Shown: positions 23,073 to 31,962, numbered from the stretch's first letter. The stretch is DNA of 47,281 nucleotides from Burkholderiales bacterium (GCA_035542795.1 DATKKT010000102.1:1-47281), one strand, 5' to 3'. Notes: generated from the letters alone by a model not told the origin. Numbers and translations are program-made.

Positions 23073-23546
23073 ATGCAGGACGACATCAACACGCTGCGCC
23101 GCATATTGAACGAGTGCCGCGTGCTCGCGGTGGTGGGGCTGTCGGCGCAATGGCACCGGCCGAGCTTCTTCGCCGCGAAGTACATGCTCGAGCACGGCTA
23201 CCGCGTGATTCCGGTCAATCCGCAGTACCGGGAGGTACTCGGCCAGAAGTGCTACGCGAGCCTGCGCGAAATCCCGCAGAAGGTGGACCTCGTAGACGTG
23301 TTCCGCAAGACCGCGGACGTGCTGCCCATCGCACGGGACGCGATCGCCATCGGCGCCAGGGTGCTCTGGCAGCAGCTCGGCGTGAAGAACGAGGAGGCGG
23401 CCGCCCTCGCGCGCGCGGCGGGGCTCGACGCGGTCATGGATCGCTGCGTGAAGATCGAGCACGCGCGCCTGTTCGGCGGCCTGAACTGGGTGGGGGTCAA
23501 CACGCGGGTGATCTCGGCCAAACGGCCCCGCTGGCTGGCGTACTGA
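23073..23546 (+). CDS. CoA-binding protein (YccU-like)
   Basis: LRRILNECRVLAVVGLSAQWHRPSFFAAKYMLEHGYRVIPVNP and VDLVDVFR. ATG 23073 is preferred to the upstream track start. Confidence 0.85.
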   Translation: MQDDINTLRRILNECRVLAVVGLSAQWHRPSFFAAKYMLEHGYRVIPVNPQYREVLGQKCYASLREIPQKVDLVDVFRKTADVLPIARDAIAIGARVLWQQLGVKNEEAAALARAAGLDAVMDRCVKIEHARLFGGLNWVGVNTRVISAKRPRWLAY

Positions 23547-23613
23547 CCCCCCGTTTTCCGGCCGCCGAAAGGCCCCCTAGCCAAGGTCGGGGCCAGCCGT
23601 TAAGCTGTTTCGC

Positions 23614-24480
23614 ATGTCCCGTCCTATCCGGGTTTTCGATGGCAGCTTCGGCCGCCTGCAGCTCATCGAGGCGGTGGCGGGCGACGTCCCCCAGGCGAGC
23701 CCCGTCCCCCAGATCGTGGTCAAGCAGGACGGCGCCGACCTCGACCTGCGCGTGGACGGCGAGCTGCTGCGCCTGACGCGCGACAGCCTGCTGTTCGTCA
23801 GCCCCAACGCCGCCTGCGAAGCGGTATTCGCTACCGCCACCGAGTCGGCCCAGCTGCTCTGGTTCCAGGCGTCGGCCGACTGGCTGCGCGGCAGCTTTCC
23901 GGCGGTGTTCGACGCGGGCAGCCAGGCCTTCGGCTCGGCGCGCGAGGCGATCACGCCGCGCATCCGCCAGCTCGCCGACACGCTGGTGGTCGAGGTGCTC
24001 AACGACCAGTTCCTGTCGCACGAGCGGCTGGAGTTCATGCTGCAGGAGCTGATGCTGTCGATCGTGGAGACCTACCTCGCGCGGCGCCAGGCCGGCGCGC
24101 GCCTGTGGCGCGGCTCGCCGTTCGCCGACAACCGCATCCGCAAGGCGCTCGCGCTGCTGCGCGCGCACCCGAACAAGGAGCTCAACATGAACGACCTGGC
24201 GAACCAGGTCGGGCTGTCGCGCTCGCGGTTCTACGACCTGTTCCAGACCAGCACCGGGCGCTCGCCGCGCTCCTACCTCGACCTGCTGTGCGTCGAGACG
24301 GCGATCGCCAAGCTCTCCTCGGGCAGCGCCAAGATCGCCGAGGTTTCGGCCGAGCTCGGCTTCTCGGCGCAATCCAACTTCACGCGCTTCTTCCAGCAGC
24401 AGGTGGGCATTCCGCCCTCCGAGTACCGGCGCGCGGCCGGCAAGCCGAACACCGAACCCCAGGACGACCCGCAGGGCTGA
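23614..24480 (+). CDS. AraC-family transcriptional regulator
   Basis: C-terminal double HTH: MNDLANQVGLSRSRFYDLFQTSTGRSPRSYL...AEVSAELGFSAQSNFTRFFQQQVGIPPSEYRR. Confidence 0.88.
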   Translation: MSRPIRVFDGSFGRLQLIEAVAGDVPQASPVPQIVVKQDGADLDLRVDGELLRLTRDSLLFVSPNAACEAVFATATESAQLLWFQASADWLRGSFPAVFDAGSQAFGSAREAITPRIRQLADTLVVEVLNDQFLSHERLEFMLQELMLSIVETYLARRQAGARLWRGSPFADNRIRKALALLRAHPNKELNMNDLANQVGLSRSRFYDLFQTSTGRSPRSYLDLLCVETAIAKLSSGSAKIAEVSAELGFSAQSNFTRFFQQQVGIPPSEYRRAAGKPNTEPQDDPQG

Positions 24481-24532
24481 GGCCGGCGCGCGCCGCCGTC
24501 TCGCCCTGGCGCCCTGCCGCTAGAATCCGGCG

Positions 24533-25822
24533 ATGGCGGACCGCAAGTTCGGCTTCGAGACCCTGTGCCTGCACGCCGGGCAGATCCCGGATCCGGCCAC
24601 CGGCGCGCGCGCGGCGCCGATCTACCAGACCACGTCCTTCGTCTTCGACTCGGCGGATCACGCCGCGAGCCTGTTCAACCTGCAGACCTTCGGCAACGTC
24701 TATTCGCGCATCTCCAATCCTACGGTGGCGGTGTTCGAGGAGCGCATGGCGGCGCTCGAGAACGGCCGCGCCGCACTCGCCTGCGCCACCGGCCAGGCCG
24801 CCGAGGCGACCGCGATCCTGACGCTGTGCAAGGGCGGCGACCACATCGTCTCCGCCTCCACGCTCTACGGCGGAACGCACACGCTGCTCGGCGTCAATCT
24901 GAAGAAGCTGGGAATCGACACGACCTTCGTCGATCCCGACGACCTGGGGGCTTTCGAGAAAAGCATCAAGCCGAACACCAAGCTCGTCTATGCCGAGACG
25001 CTCGGCAACCCGCTGATCAACGTCGTCGACATCGAAGCCCTCGCACGGCTGGCGCGGGCCAATGACATCCCCCTGGTCGTCGACAACACCGTGCCCTCGC
25101 CCTATCTGTGCCGGCCGATCGACTGGGGCGCGGACATCGTCGTGCACTCGGCCACCAAGTACATCGGCGGCCACGGCACCACCATGGGCGGCGTGATCGT
25201 GGAATCCGGCAAGTTCGACTGGGGCAACGGCAAGTTTCCCGAGTTCACGACGCCCTCGCCCGGCTACCACGGCGTGATCTTCCACGAGACCTTCGGCGAC
25301 TTCGGCTACACCATGAAAGCGCGCATGGAGATCATGCGCACCTTCGGCCCGGCGCTCTCGCCGATGAACGCCTGGCTGCTGCTGCAGGGCCTGGAGTCGC
25401 TGCCCGTGCGCATGGATCGCCATTGCGCGAACGCCCTGGCCGTTGCTCGTTTCCTGAAGGATCATCCGAGAGTGGCATGGGTGAACTACCCCGGCCTCCC
25501 CGACAGCAAGTATCACGCGCTGGCGAACAGGTATTTTCCGAACGGCGCCTCCGGGCTGCTCAACTTCGGAGTCAAGGGCGGCGCGAAGGCGGGCGAGCGC
25601 TTCATCGAGGCCGCGCAGTTCATGAGCCACCTCGCCAACATCGGCGACGCGAAGACGCTCATCATCCACCCGGCCTCGACCACGCACCGGCAGATGAGCG
25701 AGGAAGACCAGGCGAAGGCGGGCGTGACGCCCGACATGGTCCGCATGTCGGTCGGCCTGGAGTCGATCGACGATATTCTCTGGGACATCGACCAGGCATT
25801 GAACGAGGCGGCAAGAACATGA
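24533..25822 (+). CDS. metY: O-acetylhomoserine sulfhydrylase (aminocarboxypropyltransferase)
   Basis: FETLCLHAGQIPDPATGARAAPIYQTTSFVF and the PLP-lysine region SATKYIGGHG. Length is 429 aa. Confidence 0.9.
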   Translation: MADRKFGFETLCLHAGQIPDPATGARAAPIYQTTSFVFDSADHAASLFNLQTFGNVYSRISNPTVAVFEERMAALENGRAALACATGQAAEATAILTLCKGGDHIVSASTLYGGTHTLLGVNLKKLGIDTTFVDPDDLGAFEKSIKPNTKLVYAETLGNPLINVVDIEALARLARANDIPLVVDNTVPSPYLCRPIDWGADIVVHSATKYIGGHGTTMGGVIVESGKFDWGNGKFPEFTTPSPGYHGVIFHETFGDFGYTMKARMEIMRTFGPALSPMNAWLLLQGLESLPVRMDRHCANALAVARFLKDHPRVAWVNYPGLPDSKYHALANRYFPNGASGLLNFGVKGGAKAGERFIEAAQFMSHLANIGDAKTLIIHPASTTHRQMSEEDQAKAGVTPDMVRMSVGLESIDDILWDIDQALNEAART

Positions 25823-26886
25823 TCGCTTACGACGTCGTAGAGCACGGCAGGCCGCTGCAGAAGGTCCTGAAGGACACGCCGAAGCCGCAAGGCACCGAGG
25901 TGCTCGTGCGCGTCACGCGCTCGGGCGTGTGCCATTCGGACCTGCACATCTGGGACGGCTACTTCGACCTGGGCGGCGGCAAGCGCTTCTACGTGAAGGA
26001 GCGCGGCTGCGTGCCTCCCTTCACGCTCGGCCACGAGCCGTTCGGGATTGTTGAGGATTTCGGCTCTTCGGCTCCGCGCATCGATAAGAAGCTCAGGCGA
26101 GGCCAGAAGAAGATCGTCTATCCGTGGATCGGCTGCGGCAAGTGCGCGGTCTGCAAGGACGGCTTCGACAACTACTGCGTCTCGGGCACGCGCTTTCTCG
26201 GCGTCACGCGCCCGGGCGCCTATGCGAGCCATGTGCTGATTCCGCACCCGAAGTACCTGGTGGACGCGGCGGGCGTCGACGAGTCCTTCGCCGCCACGCT
26301 CGCCTGCTCCGGGCTCACCACCTACAGCGCCGCAGCGAAGCTGCCGGAGCTCGGGGCGCGCGACTGGGTGGCGGTGATCGGCTGCGGCGGACTGGGCCTG
26401 GTCTGCATCTCGGTGCTGCGCGCCAAGGGCGTGAAGAACATCGTCGGCTGCGACGTCGACGAGGCGAAGCTCGCCGCGGCGCGCAAGCAGGGCGCGAAGC
26501 TCACGCTCGATACGCGATCGCCGGACGCAGTGCAGAAGCTGCAGGGCCTCGCGATGGGCAGCCTCGCCGGCGCGATCGACCTCGTCGGCATGCCCGCGAC
26601 CGCGGCGCTGGGCCTCGGCGCGCTCAGGAAGGGCGGCCGCTACGTGCTCTGCGGCCTCTTCGGCGGCGAGATCACGCATCCGCTGCCGCCGTTCGCGCAG
26701 CGCGCGATCGGCCTCGTAGGCTCCTACGTGGGCAACCTGAAGGAGCTGAAGGAAGTGGTGGCGCTCGCGAAAAAGAAGAAGCTCAAGCCCACGCCCCTGG
26801 CCACGCGGCCGATGGACGAGATCAACGCGATCCTGGAAGACCTCAAGGCCGGCAGGGTGCTCGGGCGCGTGGTGCTCGCGCCCTAG
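25819..26886 (+). CDS. Zinc-dependent alcohol dehydrogenase-family oxidoreductase
   Basis: [14 protein letters not shown], the structural-zinc cysteines [15 protein letters not shown], and the Rossmann motif VIGCGGLG. The ATGA overlap couples it to metY. Confidence 0.88.
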   Translation: MIAYDVVEHGRPLQKVLKDTPKPQGTEVLVRVTRSGVCHSDLHIWDGYFDLGGGKRFYVKERGCVPPFTLGHEPFGIVEDFGSSAPRIDKKLRRGQKKIVYPWIGCGKCAVCKDGFDNYCVSGTRFLGVTRPGAYASHVLIPHPKYLVDAAGVDESFAATLACSGLTTYSAAAKLPELGARDWVAVIGCGGLGLVCISVLRAKGVKNIVGCDVDEAKLAAARKQGAKLTLDTRSPDAVQKLQGLAMGSLAGAIDLVGMPATAALGLGALRKGGRYVLCGLFGGEITHPLPPFAQRAIGLVGSYVGNLKELKEVVALAKKKKLKPTPLATRPMDEINAILEDLKAGRVLGRVVLAP

Positions 26887-27395
26887 CGCGAGCCGGTGCG
26901 GCCGAGCAGCGCTTCGTAGACCGCCAGGTCGCCCGCCGAGAAGCAGCAGAACGTCACTTCCTCGATCGCGGGCAGCCGCGCGAGCGTTTCGCGCACGGTT
27001 GCGACCGCGATGCGGGCCGCCGCTTCGACCGGATAGCCGTAAACGCCCGTGCTGATCGCCGGGAAAGCGATCGTGCGCGCGCCCGCCGCCGCGGCGACCT
27101 CGAGCGAGCGCCGGTAGCAGGAGGCGAGCAGCGCGGGCTCGCCCTCGTTCCCGCCGCGCCAGACCGGCCCTACGGTGTGCACGATGAACTTCGCCTTCAA
27201 GCGGTAGCCTTTCGTCAGCTTCGCCTCCCCCGTAGGACAACCGCCCAGCGTGCGGCACTCGGCGAGGAGCTGCGGGCCCGCGGCGCGGTGGATCGCGCCG
27301 TCCACTCCGCCGCCGCCGAGCAGCGACGAATTGGCGGCGTTGACGATCGCGTCCACCGCGAGCGTCGTGATGTCGGCCCGCAGCGCGCGCAGCAC
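26883..27395 (-). CDS. Macro-domain protein (O-acetyl-ADP-ribose deacetylase, YmdB-like)
   Basis: [34 protein letters not shown] and [17 protein letters not shown] start at 27395. Confidence 0.9.
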   Translation of the reverse strand: MLRALRADITTLAVDAIVNAANSSLLGGGGVDGAIHRAAGPQLLAECRTLGGCPTGEAKLTKGYRLKAKFIVHTVGPVWRGGNEGEPALLASCYRRSLEVAAAAGARTIAFPAISTGVYGYPVEAAARIAVATVRETLARLPAIEEVTFCCFSAGDLAVYEALLGRTGSR

Positions 27396-27396
27396 G

Positions 27397-27804
27397 TCAG
27401 CCCCCCGGCTCCTTGAGCGCCTTGTCCTCCCGGCAGGCTTTCAGCGGCCGCGCCTTGGCGCTGACGATCCGCTTCACTTCGCGCGTCGCCGGATCGGCGA
27501 CGACTTTCAGGCAGGCGCAGCCGTGGCCGTAGCTGCGGTTCGTGGCGACCCATTCGCCCTTCCTGAAGCGCGGCCAGTCGCCCTCGGCCTGATTGCCGCC
27601 CTGCATCCCGATCGTCCATTCGCCGTCGCGATCGGCAAGCGTCGCGTTGCCCGGCGTAGGGTTCTCGAACCAGCCGCAGCGCAGGACGGCCGGCGCATCC
27701 GCTCGCGCGTCGGTCGCGCCGACAGTTGCCAGTGCGACGATCAGCGTCGCCGCGCTGCGGAACGCTCCAGTCGCCAGGGCAAGCGCAGCGACGCTCGATC
27801 TCAT
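27397..27804 (-). CDS. DUF4087-like exported protein
   Basis: A signal peptide followed by [12 protein letters not shown]...GEWTI...YGHGCACL, which from memory is the DUF4087 pattern. ATG 27804 has GGAGG 4 nt upstream and is preferred to 27825. Confidence 0.75.
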   Translation of the reverse strand: MRSSVAALALATGAFRSAATLIVALATVGATDARADAPAVLRCGWFENPTPGNATLADRDGEWTIGMQGGNQAEGDWPRFRKGEWVATNRSYGHGCACLKVVADPATREVKRIVSAKARPLKACREDKALKEPGG

Positions 27805-27832
27805 CGGACCTCCATTTCGGGCCATGCGCGAA

Positions 27833-30271
27833 TCACGCTGGTAACCGTCGCGGCGCGATCCACAGGCGCTCGGTGAGAACGCACTTTACCCCGTCGTTGA
27901 GCAAAAGCGAGCAGACGAGCGCATAGGCGGCGATGAACGCGATCTGCCCGGCCGGAAGTGGCGCGAGCTCGGCCAGCCCGAGGAGGCCGATGGCCACGCC
28001 GACCAGCGCATCCGCCGACAGCGCGGCCGCGAGCACCCAGCCGGGCCGCGACCGCCAGAAGGCGCGCCGCTCGCGGATCGAGACGATCGAGAAGATCGCG
28101 AAAAAGAGCAGCGTCAGGAAGGAGAACGTGTTGAGCCTGCCGCCCGCGAGATCGAACAGCCGCGAGCCGAGGGCGAGCAGCGCCAGGGACTCGAGCAGCA
28201 TCAGCACGCCGAGCACGACCGCGACCTCGACCAGCGGGCCGATGCGCCAGCTCTCGGGCGCCCGCGAGGGGCGGACGCGATCCGCCGAGAGCGCGATCTT
28301 CACGAAGTCGGTCATGAAGACGAGCAGAACCATGCCGAGCGCGGAAATGACGAACTTGCCCGTGACGAGGAACGCGACGACGACGAACCCCGCCTTCAGG
28401 ATCGTGCGGCTCACCTTGTTGATGATCCAGGTGAGGACCCGCTGGTAGATCGAGCGCCCGATCTTCACCAGGTCGACGATGCTCGCGAGCCCTTCTTCCG
28501 TCAGGACGATGCTGGCCGCCCCCTTGGCGACGTCGGTCGCGCCGCTCACGGCGATGCCGACCTCGGCCTGGCTGAGCGCCGGCGCGTCGTTCACGCCGTC
28601 GCCGGTCATGCCGGCCACGTGGCCCGCCGACTGCAGGCGCTTGACGACGAGGAACTTGTCCTCGGGGAAGACCTCGGCGAAGCCGTCGGAGCGCGCCGCG
28701 AGCTCGGTCGCGCGCGAGCCGCCTTCCTTTTCGGCCGCGCGCAGCTCCGGGGCGCGCGCGATATCGCCCAGCCCGAGCTCGCGGGCGATCTCGCGCGCGA
28801 CGGGCAGGCCGTCGCCCGTGAGCATCTTGATTCGGACGCCGAGCGAGCGAAGCTGCTCGATGAGCTGGCGCGAATCCGGCCGCGGCGCGTCGCGCAGGAA
28901 CGCGAGGCCTACGAGCTGCAAGGGGGCGTCGCCGTCGCCTCGCGCGACCGCGAGCACGCGCGCGCCCTTCTTTCCCTCCTCGCCGGCGCGCGCCTCGAGC
29001 TCCGCGACGGTCTGCGGCGGCAGGCCGCACAGCTCGGCGAGCGTGCGCAAGGCGCCCTTGACCGCGCGCAGCTTGCGGCCCTGCACGTCTACGACCGATT
29101 CCGTGCGCCGCGTGTCGGGGGCGAATGGAGCGAAGCTCAGCGTCCTGGCGCCCGGATCGAGCAGGCCGCGCTCGGCCGCCGCGCGCAGGAAGCCGAGGTC
29201 GATCGGATCCTGGTTGGCCGCGTTCGAGGCGAGCGCCGCAGTGCGCAGAACGTCGTCGCCGCTGAATCCGGGCTGCGCGAGCACGGCGTCGAGGCTCAGG
29301 CGGTTCATCGTGAGCGTGCCCGTCTTGTCGGCGCACAGGACGTCCATGTTCGCCGCGTCCTCCACCGCCGCGAGACGGGTGATCAGCACCCCGCGGCGGC
29401 CGAGCTCCATCGAGCCGAGCGCCGTGCTCACGGTGAACATCACCGGCAGCGCCACCGGCACCGCGCTCATGAGCAGCACGAGCGAGAGCGGCAGGATGTC
29501 GAGCAGCGGCAGCCCGCGCACCACGGACAGCACGAGCGCGACGCCCACGAGCGCGCCCACGATGACGAACAGCCACCTCACCATGCGCGTGGTGATCTCC
29601 TCGATGTGCAGCTTCGGGTGCGCGCTCTCGATGAGGTGCGTCGTGCGGCCGTAATAGGTCCGCGCGCCCGTCGCGGAGACGCTCGCGGTGGCCTCTCCGC
29701 GGCGAACGACGCATCCGGCGTAGAGCGTATCGCCGGCGCGCTTTTGCAGCTCGACCGACTCGCCCGTGAGCGCCGATTGGTCGATGCGCAGGTCGCCGTC
29801 GACGACGCGCACGTCCGCCGGCACGAAGTCCCCCGCGCGCACGCGCACCACGTCTCCCGAGACCAGCTCGCGCGCCGGAACCGGCCTCCAGGCCCCGCCG
29901 CGCAAGACCCGTGCGGTGACCTGCAAGCGCTGACGCAGGGCGGCCACCGCCGCGGACGCGCGCCGCTCCTGAAAGAAGCTGAGGAGCGCGTTGACGAAAA
30001 GGAGCGCCAGCGCGATCCAGAAGTCGGCGAGCTTGTGCAGCACGAGCGAGAGACCGGCGATGAGCTCGAGCATCCACGCCGAGAGGCCCCAGAACTTCCC
30101 GAGCAGGCGCAGGAGCGGGTGGCTCGGCGCCTCGGGAACCTCGTTCGGGCCCTCGCGCGCGAGAAGATCATTCGCCTCGGCCTCGGTCAGGCCGCGCTCG
30201 GAAGCGGAGTGAGCCGCCTGCTCAGGCGCGGGCGGCATTTCGCGGCCGTCCAGAGAAAGGTCGGAGTTCAT
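27833..30271 (-). CDS. P-type cation-transporting ATPase, plasma-membrane H+-ATPase-like (type III)
   Basis: TGES, the phosphorylation site CADKTGTLT, and the hinge MTGDGVNDAPAL. Length is 812 aa. The N-terminus GLTEAEANDLLAREGPNEV is typical of type IIIA pumps. Confidence 0.9.
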   Translation of the reverse strand: MNSDLSLDGREMPPAPEQAAHSASERGLTEAEANDLLAREGPNEVPEAPSHPLLRLLGKFWGLSAWMLELIAGLSLVLHKLADFWIALALLFVNALLSFFQERRASAAVAALRQRLQVTARVLRGGAWRPVPARELVSGDVVRVRAGDFVPADVRVVDGDLRIDQSALTGESVELQKRAGDTLYAGCVVRRGEATASVSATGARTYYGRTTHLIESAHPKLHIEEITTRMVRWLFVIVGALVGVALVLSVVRGLPLLDILPLSLVLLMSAVPVALPVMFTVSTALGSMELGRRGVLITRLAAVEDAANMDVLCADKTGTLTMNRLSLDAVLAQPGFSGDDVLRTAALASNAANQDPIDLGFLRAAAERGLLDPGARTLSFAPFAPDTRRTESVVDVQGRKLRAVKGALRTLAELCGLPPQTVAELEARAGEEGKKGARVLAVARGDGDAPLQLVGLAFLRDAPRPDSRQLIEQLRSLGVRIKMLTGDGLPVAREIARELGLGDIARAPELRAAEKEGGSRATELAARSDGFAEVFPEDKFLVVKRLQSAGHVAGMTGDGVNDAPALSQAEVGIAVSGATDVAKGAASIVLTEEGLASIVDLVKIGRSIYQRVLTWIINKVSRTILKAGFVVVAFLVTGKFVISALGMVLLVFMTDFVKIALSADRVRPSRAPESWRIGPLVEVAVVLGVLMLLESLALLALGSRLFDLAGGRLNTFSFLTLLFFAIFSIVSIRERRAFWRSRPGWVLAAALSADALVGVAIGLLGLAELAPLPAGQIAFIAAYALVCSLLLNDGVKCVLTERLWIAPRRLPA

Positions 30272-30423
30272 CTGTTGCGGCTTCGAGCCTTGCGGGCCTG
30301 CACACGCCCGGCTCGTGATTCAGCCCATCGCTTTCAGCCGTCACGCAGTGAGACCGGCGCGTCCGCCGCTTGGTTCCGGCACGGCGGCAGCCTGCCGCCA
30401 AACGTTGCCCAGTGGCCGAGGCC

Positions 30424-30735
30424 TCAGGCCACTTCAATGACCTCTTGCAGGTTGTCCACCGACACCGGAACGGAGGCGTACAGGATCTCCGGCGCTGCGC
30501 CGTACTTCGCAGTGACCATGGCCTTCCACTCCGCCGTGTAGCAGGCTTCGGCGTCGGCCTTGCTCTTCCAGAAATAGATCCCTCCCGCGCGATCGCCGCT
30601 TTCGGTGACGTAATAGTGCTTTCGCACGAGGCCCGGCTTGCGCAGATAGTTCGGAGCGGTCGACTTGAACACGGCCGCCGCTTCCTCGACCGTCCAGCGC
30701 TTCGGCAGCCTGAAGGTCACGATTGATACGATCAT
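30424..30735 (-). CDS. Cassette 7, second ORF: YdhR-like putative monooxygenase (dimeric alpha-beta barrel)
   Basis: The 103-aa protein starts MIVSIVTFRLP and contains GLVRKHYYVTESGDRAGGIYFWKSKADAEACY, which resembles the E. coli YdhR pattern (GGIYLF...A.AY). GGAG lies 7 nt upstream of the ATG. Confidence 0.7.
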   Translation of the reverse strand: MIVSIVTFRLPKRWTVEEAAAVFKSTAPNYLRKPGLVRKHYYVTESGDRAGGIYFWKSKADAEACYTAEWKAMVTAKYGAAPEILYASVPVSVDNLQEVIEVA

Positions 30736-30760
30736 CGTCTTCTCCGTTTGATTGACGTCC

Positions 30761-30922
30761 TCATTCGCCGGCAGGCCATGGTCCGCCGCCCGCCAAGGGC
30801 TTCAGCAGCTTGCGACAGCCTTTGCATTCGTAGAAGAAGACGCACGCGTCAGGCGGCATCTCCTCCTCCGACGCGGTCCCGCACGCAGGACAAGTGATCG
30901 TCGATCGGAGAATCGCTTCCAT
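30761..30922 (-). CDS. Cassette 7, first ORF: 53-aa Cys-rich (CxxC...C...CxxC) peptide
   Basis: My own translation is MEAILRSTITCPACGTASEEEMPPDACVFFYECKGCRKLLKPLAGGGPWPAGE. GAGG lies 5 nt upstream of the ATG. It is not in the ORF track because it is under 60 aa. The first 43 aa resemble, from memory, the N-terminal part of the GDCCVxC-motif protein family, but the C-terminal motif is absent. Confidence 0.5.
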   Translation of the reverse strand: MEAILRSTITCPACGTASEEEMPPDACVFFYECKGCRKLLKPLAGGGPWPAGE

Positions 30923-30937
30923 GCGGCCTCAAATGAG

Positions 30938-30997
30938 GTCTAACGTTCGAGCTAACTGCGCCGCCGAAGGCGGTTGCAGTCGAGCGAGGGGTTAGGC
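30938..30997 (-). repeat. attC site of cassette 6 (60 bp)
   Basis: The plus strand reads GTCTAAC...GTTAGGC, with internal inverted repeats (CGTTCGAGC / CTCGCTCGA-like). Classic 59-base-element size. Confidence 0.8.
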
Positions 30998-31011
30998 GTC
31001 AACTCCAGCTC

Positions 31012-31362
31012 TTACCCTGCCGGAACGGGAAGCACTTCCATCACTTCCACTCCTTCTCCAGGAAAGATCGTAAAGTGAGGGTGATTCAAAAATAGCCGCG
31101 CGGCGGATTCCTGCGACTCCGCCTGGACGATAGTAAAGGCGGCAAGATTGTTGCGAATGTCCGTAATTCCGCCGCTCGCCACCAGCTTGGTACGACTAAG
31201 TGGGCCTCCCATTTCGACTATGGCCGCCACGTTGTCGCTAGCCCACTTTTTCCAAGCCGCCACGCCCTGAGCTTGCCTGTGCTGGCGCTCGCGTTCGGTG
31301 AGCGCTTCCCACCGGGCCATTGCGCCGGGAGTGCCGGTAAAAACTGCAAGGTACCTCTTCAT
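31012..31362 (-). CDS. Cassette 6 ORF: hypothetical 116-aa soluble protein (possibly alpha+beta barrel-like)
   Basis: AGGAGG lies 5 nt upstream of the ATG. The translation is non-repetitive: MKRYLAVFTGTPGAMARWEALTERERQ...FLNHPHFTIFPGEGVEVMEVLPVP. I cannot name a family with confidence. Confidence 0.7.
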   Translation of the reverse strand: MKRYLAVFTGTPGAMARWEALTERERQHRQAQGVAAWKKWASDNVAAIVEMGGPLSRTKLVASGGITDIRNNLAAFTIVQAESQESAARLFLNHPHFTIFPGEGVEVMEVLPVPAG

Positions 31363-31471
31363 GTGGACCTCCTGGTGTCTTCGTGCGGCTCCGGCTACGC
31401 CGCCGGGCGATCAGCCTCGCAGCAAAGTCCGGTGCACGTTGAGACCGGATGATGGGAGCACGAACGTTGCG

Positions 31472-31555
31472 GCCTAACGTTCGAAATCAGCGCCGGTCCG
31501 GCAGCTTGCCTGAGCACGGTGCTGGTGGCCCGTCCGCTGGATTGAGGGGTTAGGC
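31472..31555 (-). repeat. attC site of cassette 5 (84 bp)
   Basis: GCCTAAC (31472-31478) ... GTTAGGC (31549-31555). The arms GCCTAACGTTCGAAATCAGCG and CGCTGGATTGAGGGGTTAGGC are imperfect inverted repeats. Confidence 0.8.
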
Positions 31556-31843
31556 AGCACTCTTAGGTTTACGAAACCTACACAGTGCCCGCCAAGCGAA
31601 AATAAGCGAGATGGTGAGCAATGACCAGAAGACGGTGGTTCCGGCAATCTCAATGACGTCCCCTCGCCAATCAATGTATCCACCGTGGACTCCAAACAGC
31701 AGTACTTGAATTGCAACTCCCGGTAGATCGATATATCTGATCCACTCGAGTTCCGGTGAAATCGCGTATGGCACGACTCTGAGTTTTACCCAGCCGGCAA
31801 CCAAGACCCAAATCAACGCAACGGGCCAATACCTTCGAAGCAT
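31550..31843 (-). CDS. Cassette 5 ORF: hypothetical 97-aa membrane protein (about 3 TM)
   Basis: ATG 31843 is preceded by GGAGG; the track start at 31864 is TTG. Hydrophobic segments are WPVALIWVLVAGWV, GVAIQVLLFGV and TVFWSLLTISLIFAW. The TAA stop lies inside the attC inverse core. Confidence 0.6.
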   Translation of the reverse strand: MLRRYWPVALIWVLVAGWVKLRVVPYAISPELEWIRYIDLPGVAIQVLLFGVHGGYIDWRGDVIEIAGTTVFWSLLTISLIFAWRALCRFRKPKSAA

Positions 31844-31872
31844 ATTCCTCCGCGGCGAGGACAATGAATGCT

Positions 31873-31962
31873 GCCTAACGTGGAGCCGAGCGGCGCGCGC
31901 GGCACAGACACTTAGGAAGCTCCGCCGCCTCGCGCGCGTCCGCCTGCGGCGCCAGGTTAGCC
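31873..31962 (-). repeat. attC site of cassette 4 (90 bp)
   Basis: GCCTAAC (31873-31879) ... GTTAGCC (31956-31962). The arms GCCTAACGTGGAGCCGAGCGG and CCGCCTGCGGCGCCAGGTTAGCC are imperfect inverted repeats. Confidence 0.75.

Noticed and set aside
24481-24532. A possible SAM or other riboswitch upstream of metY.
   Set aside because: The intergenic space is only 52 nt, too short for known methionine-related riboswitches, and no conserved helices were recognised.
30330-30423. A possible degenerate attC closing the last cassette (GTTGCCC at 30403-30409, with short GGCGCGTCCGC and GGCAGCCT matches to the cassette 1 attC).
   Set aside because: There is no RYYYAAC partner at a suitable distance, and the GTTGCCC core violates GTTRRRY at two positions. 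The similarity is short and G+C-rich, so it could be chance. I left it as an open question in the findings rather than calling a feature.
30752-30943. A 63-aa plus-strand ORF from the track, in the terminal cassette.
   Set aside because: It is antisense to the 53-aa Cys-rich ORF, which has an SD, a CxxC...CxxC pattern, and the same orientation as all the other cassette genes. The plus-strand product is Arg-rich, and its 3' end runs into the R' core (30938-30944) of the adjacent attC.
31474-31716. An 80-aa minus-strand ORF overlapping the cassette 5 gene.
   Set aside because: It is out of frame with the better-supported membrane-protein ORF, it crosses the attC, and it has no SD.
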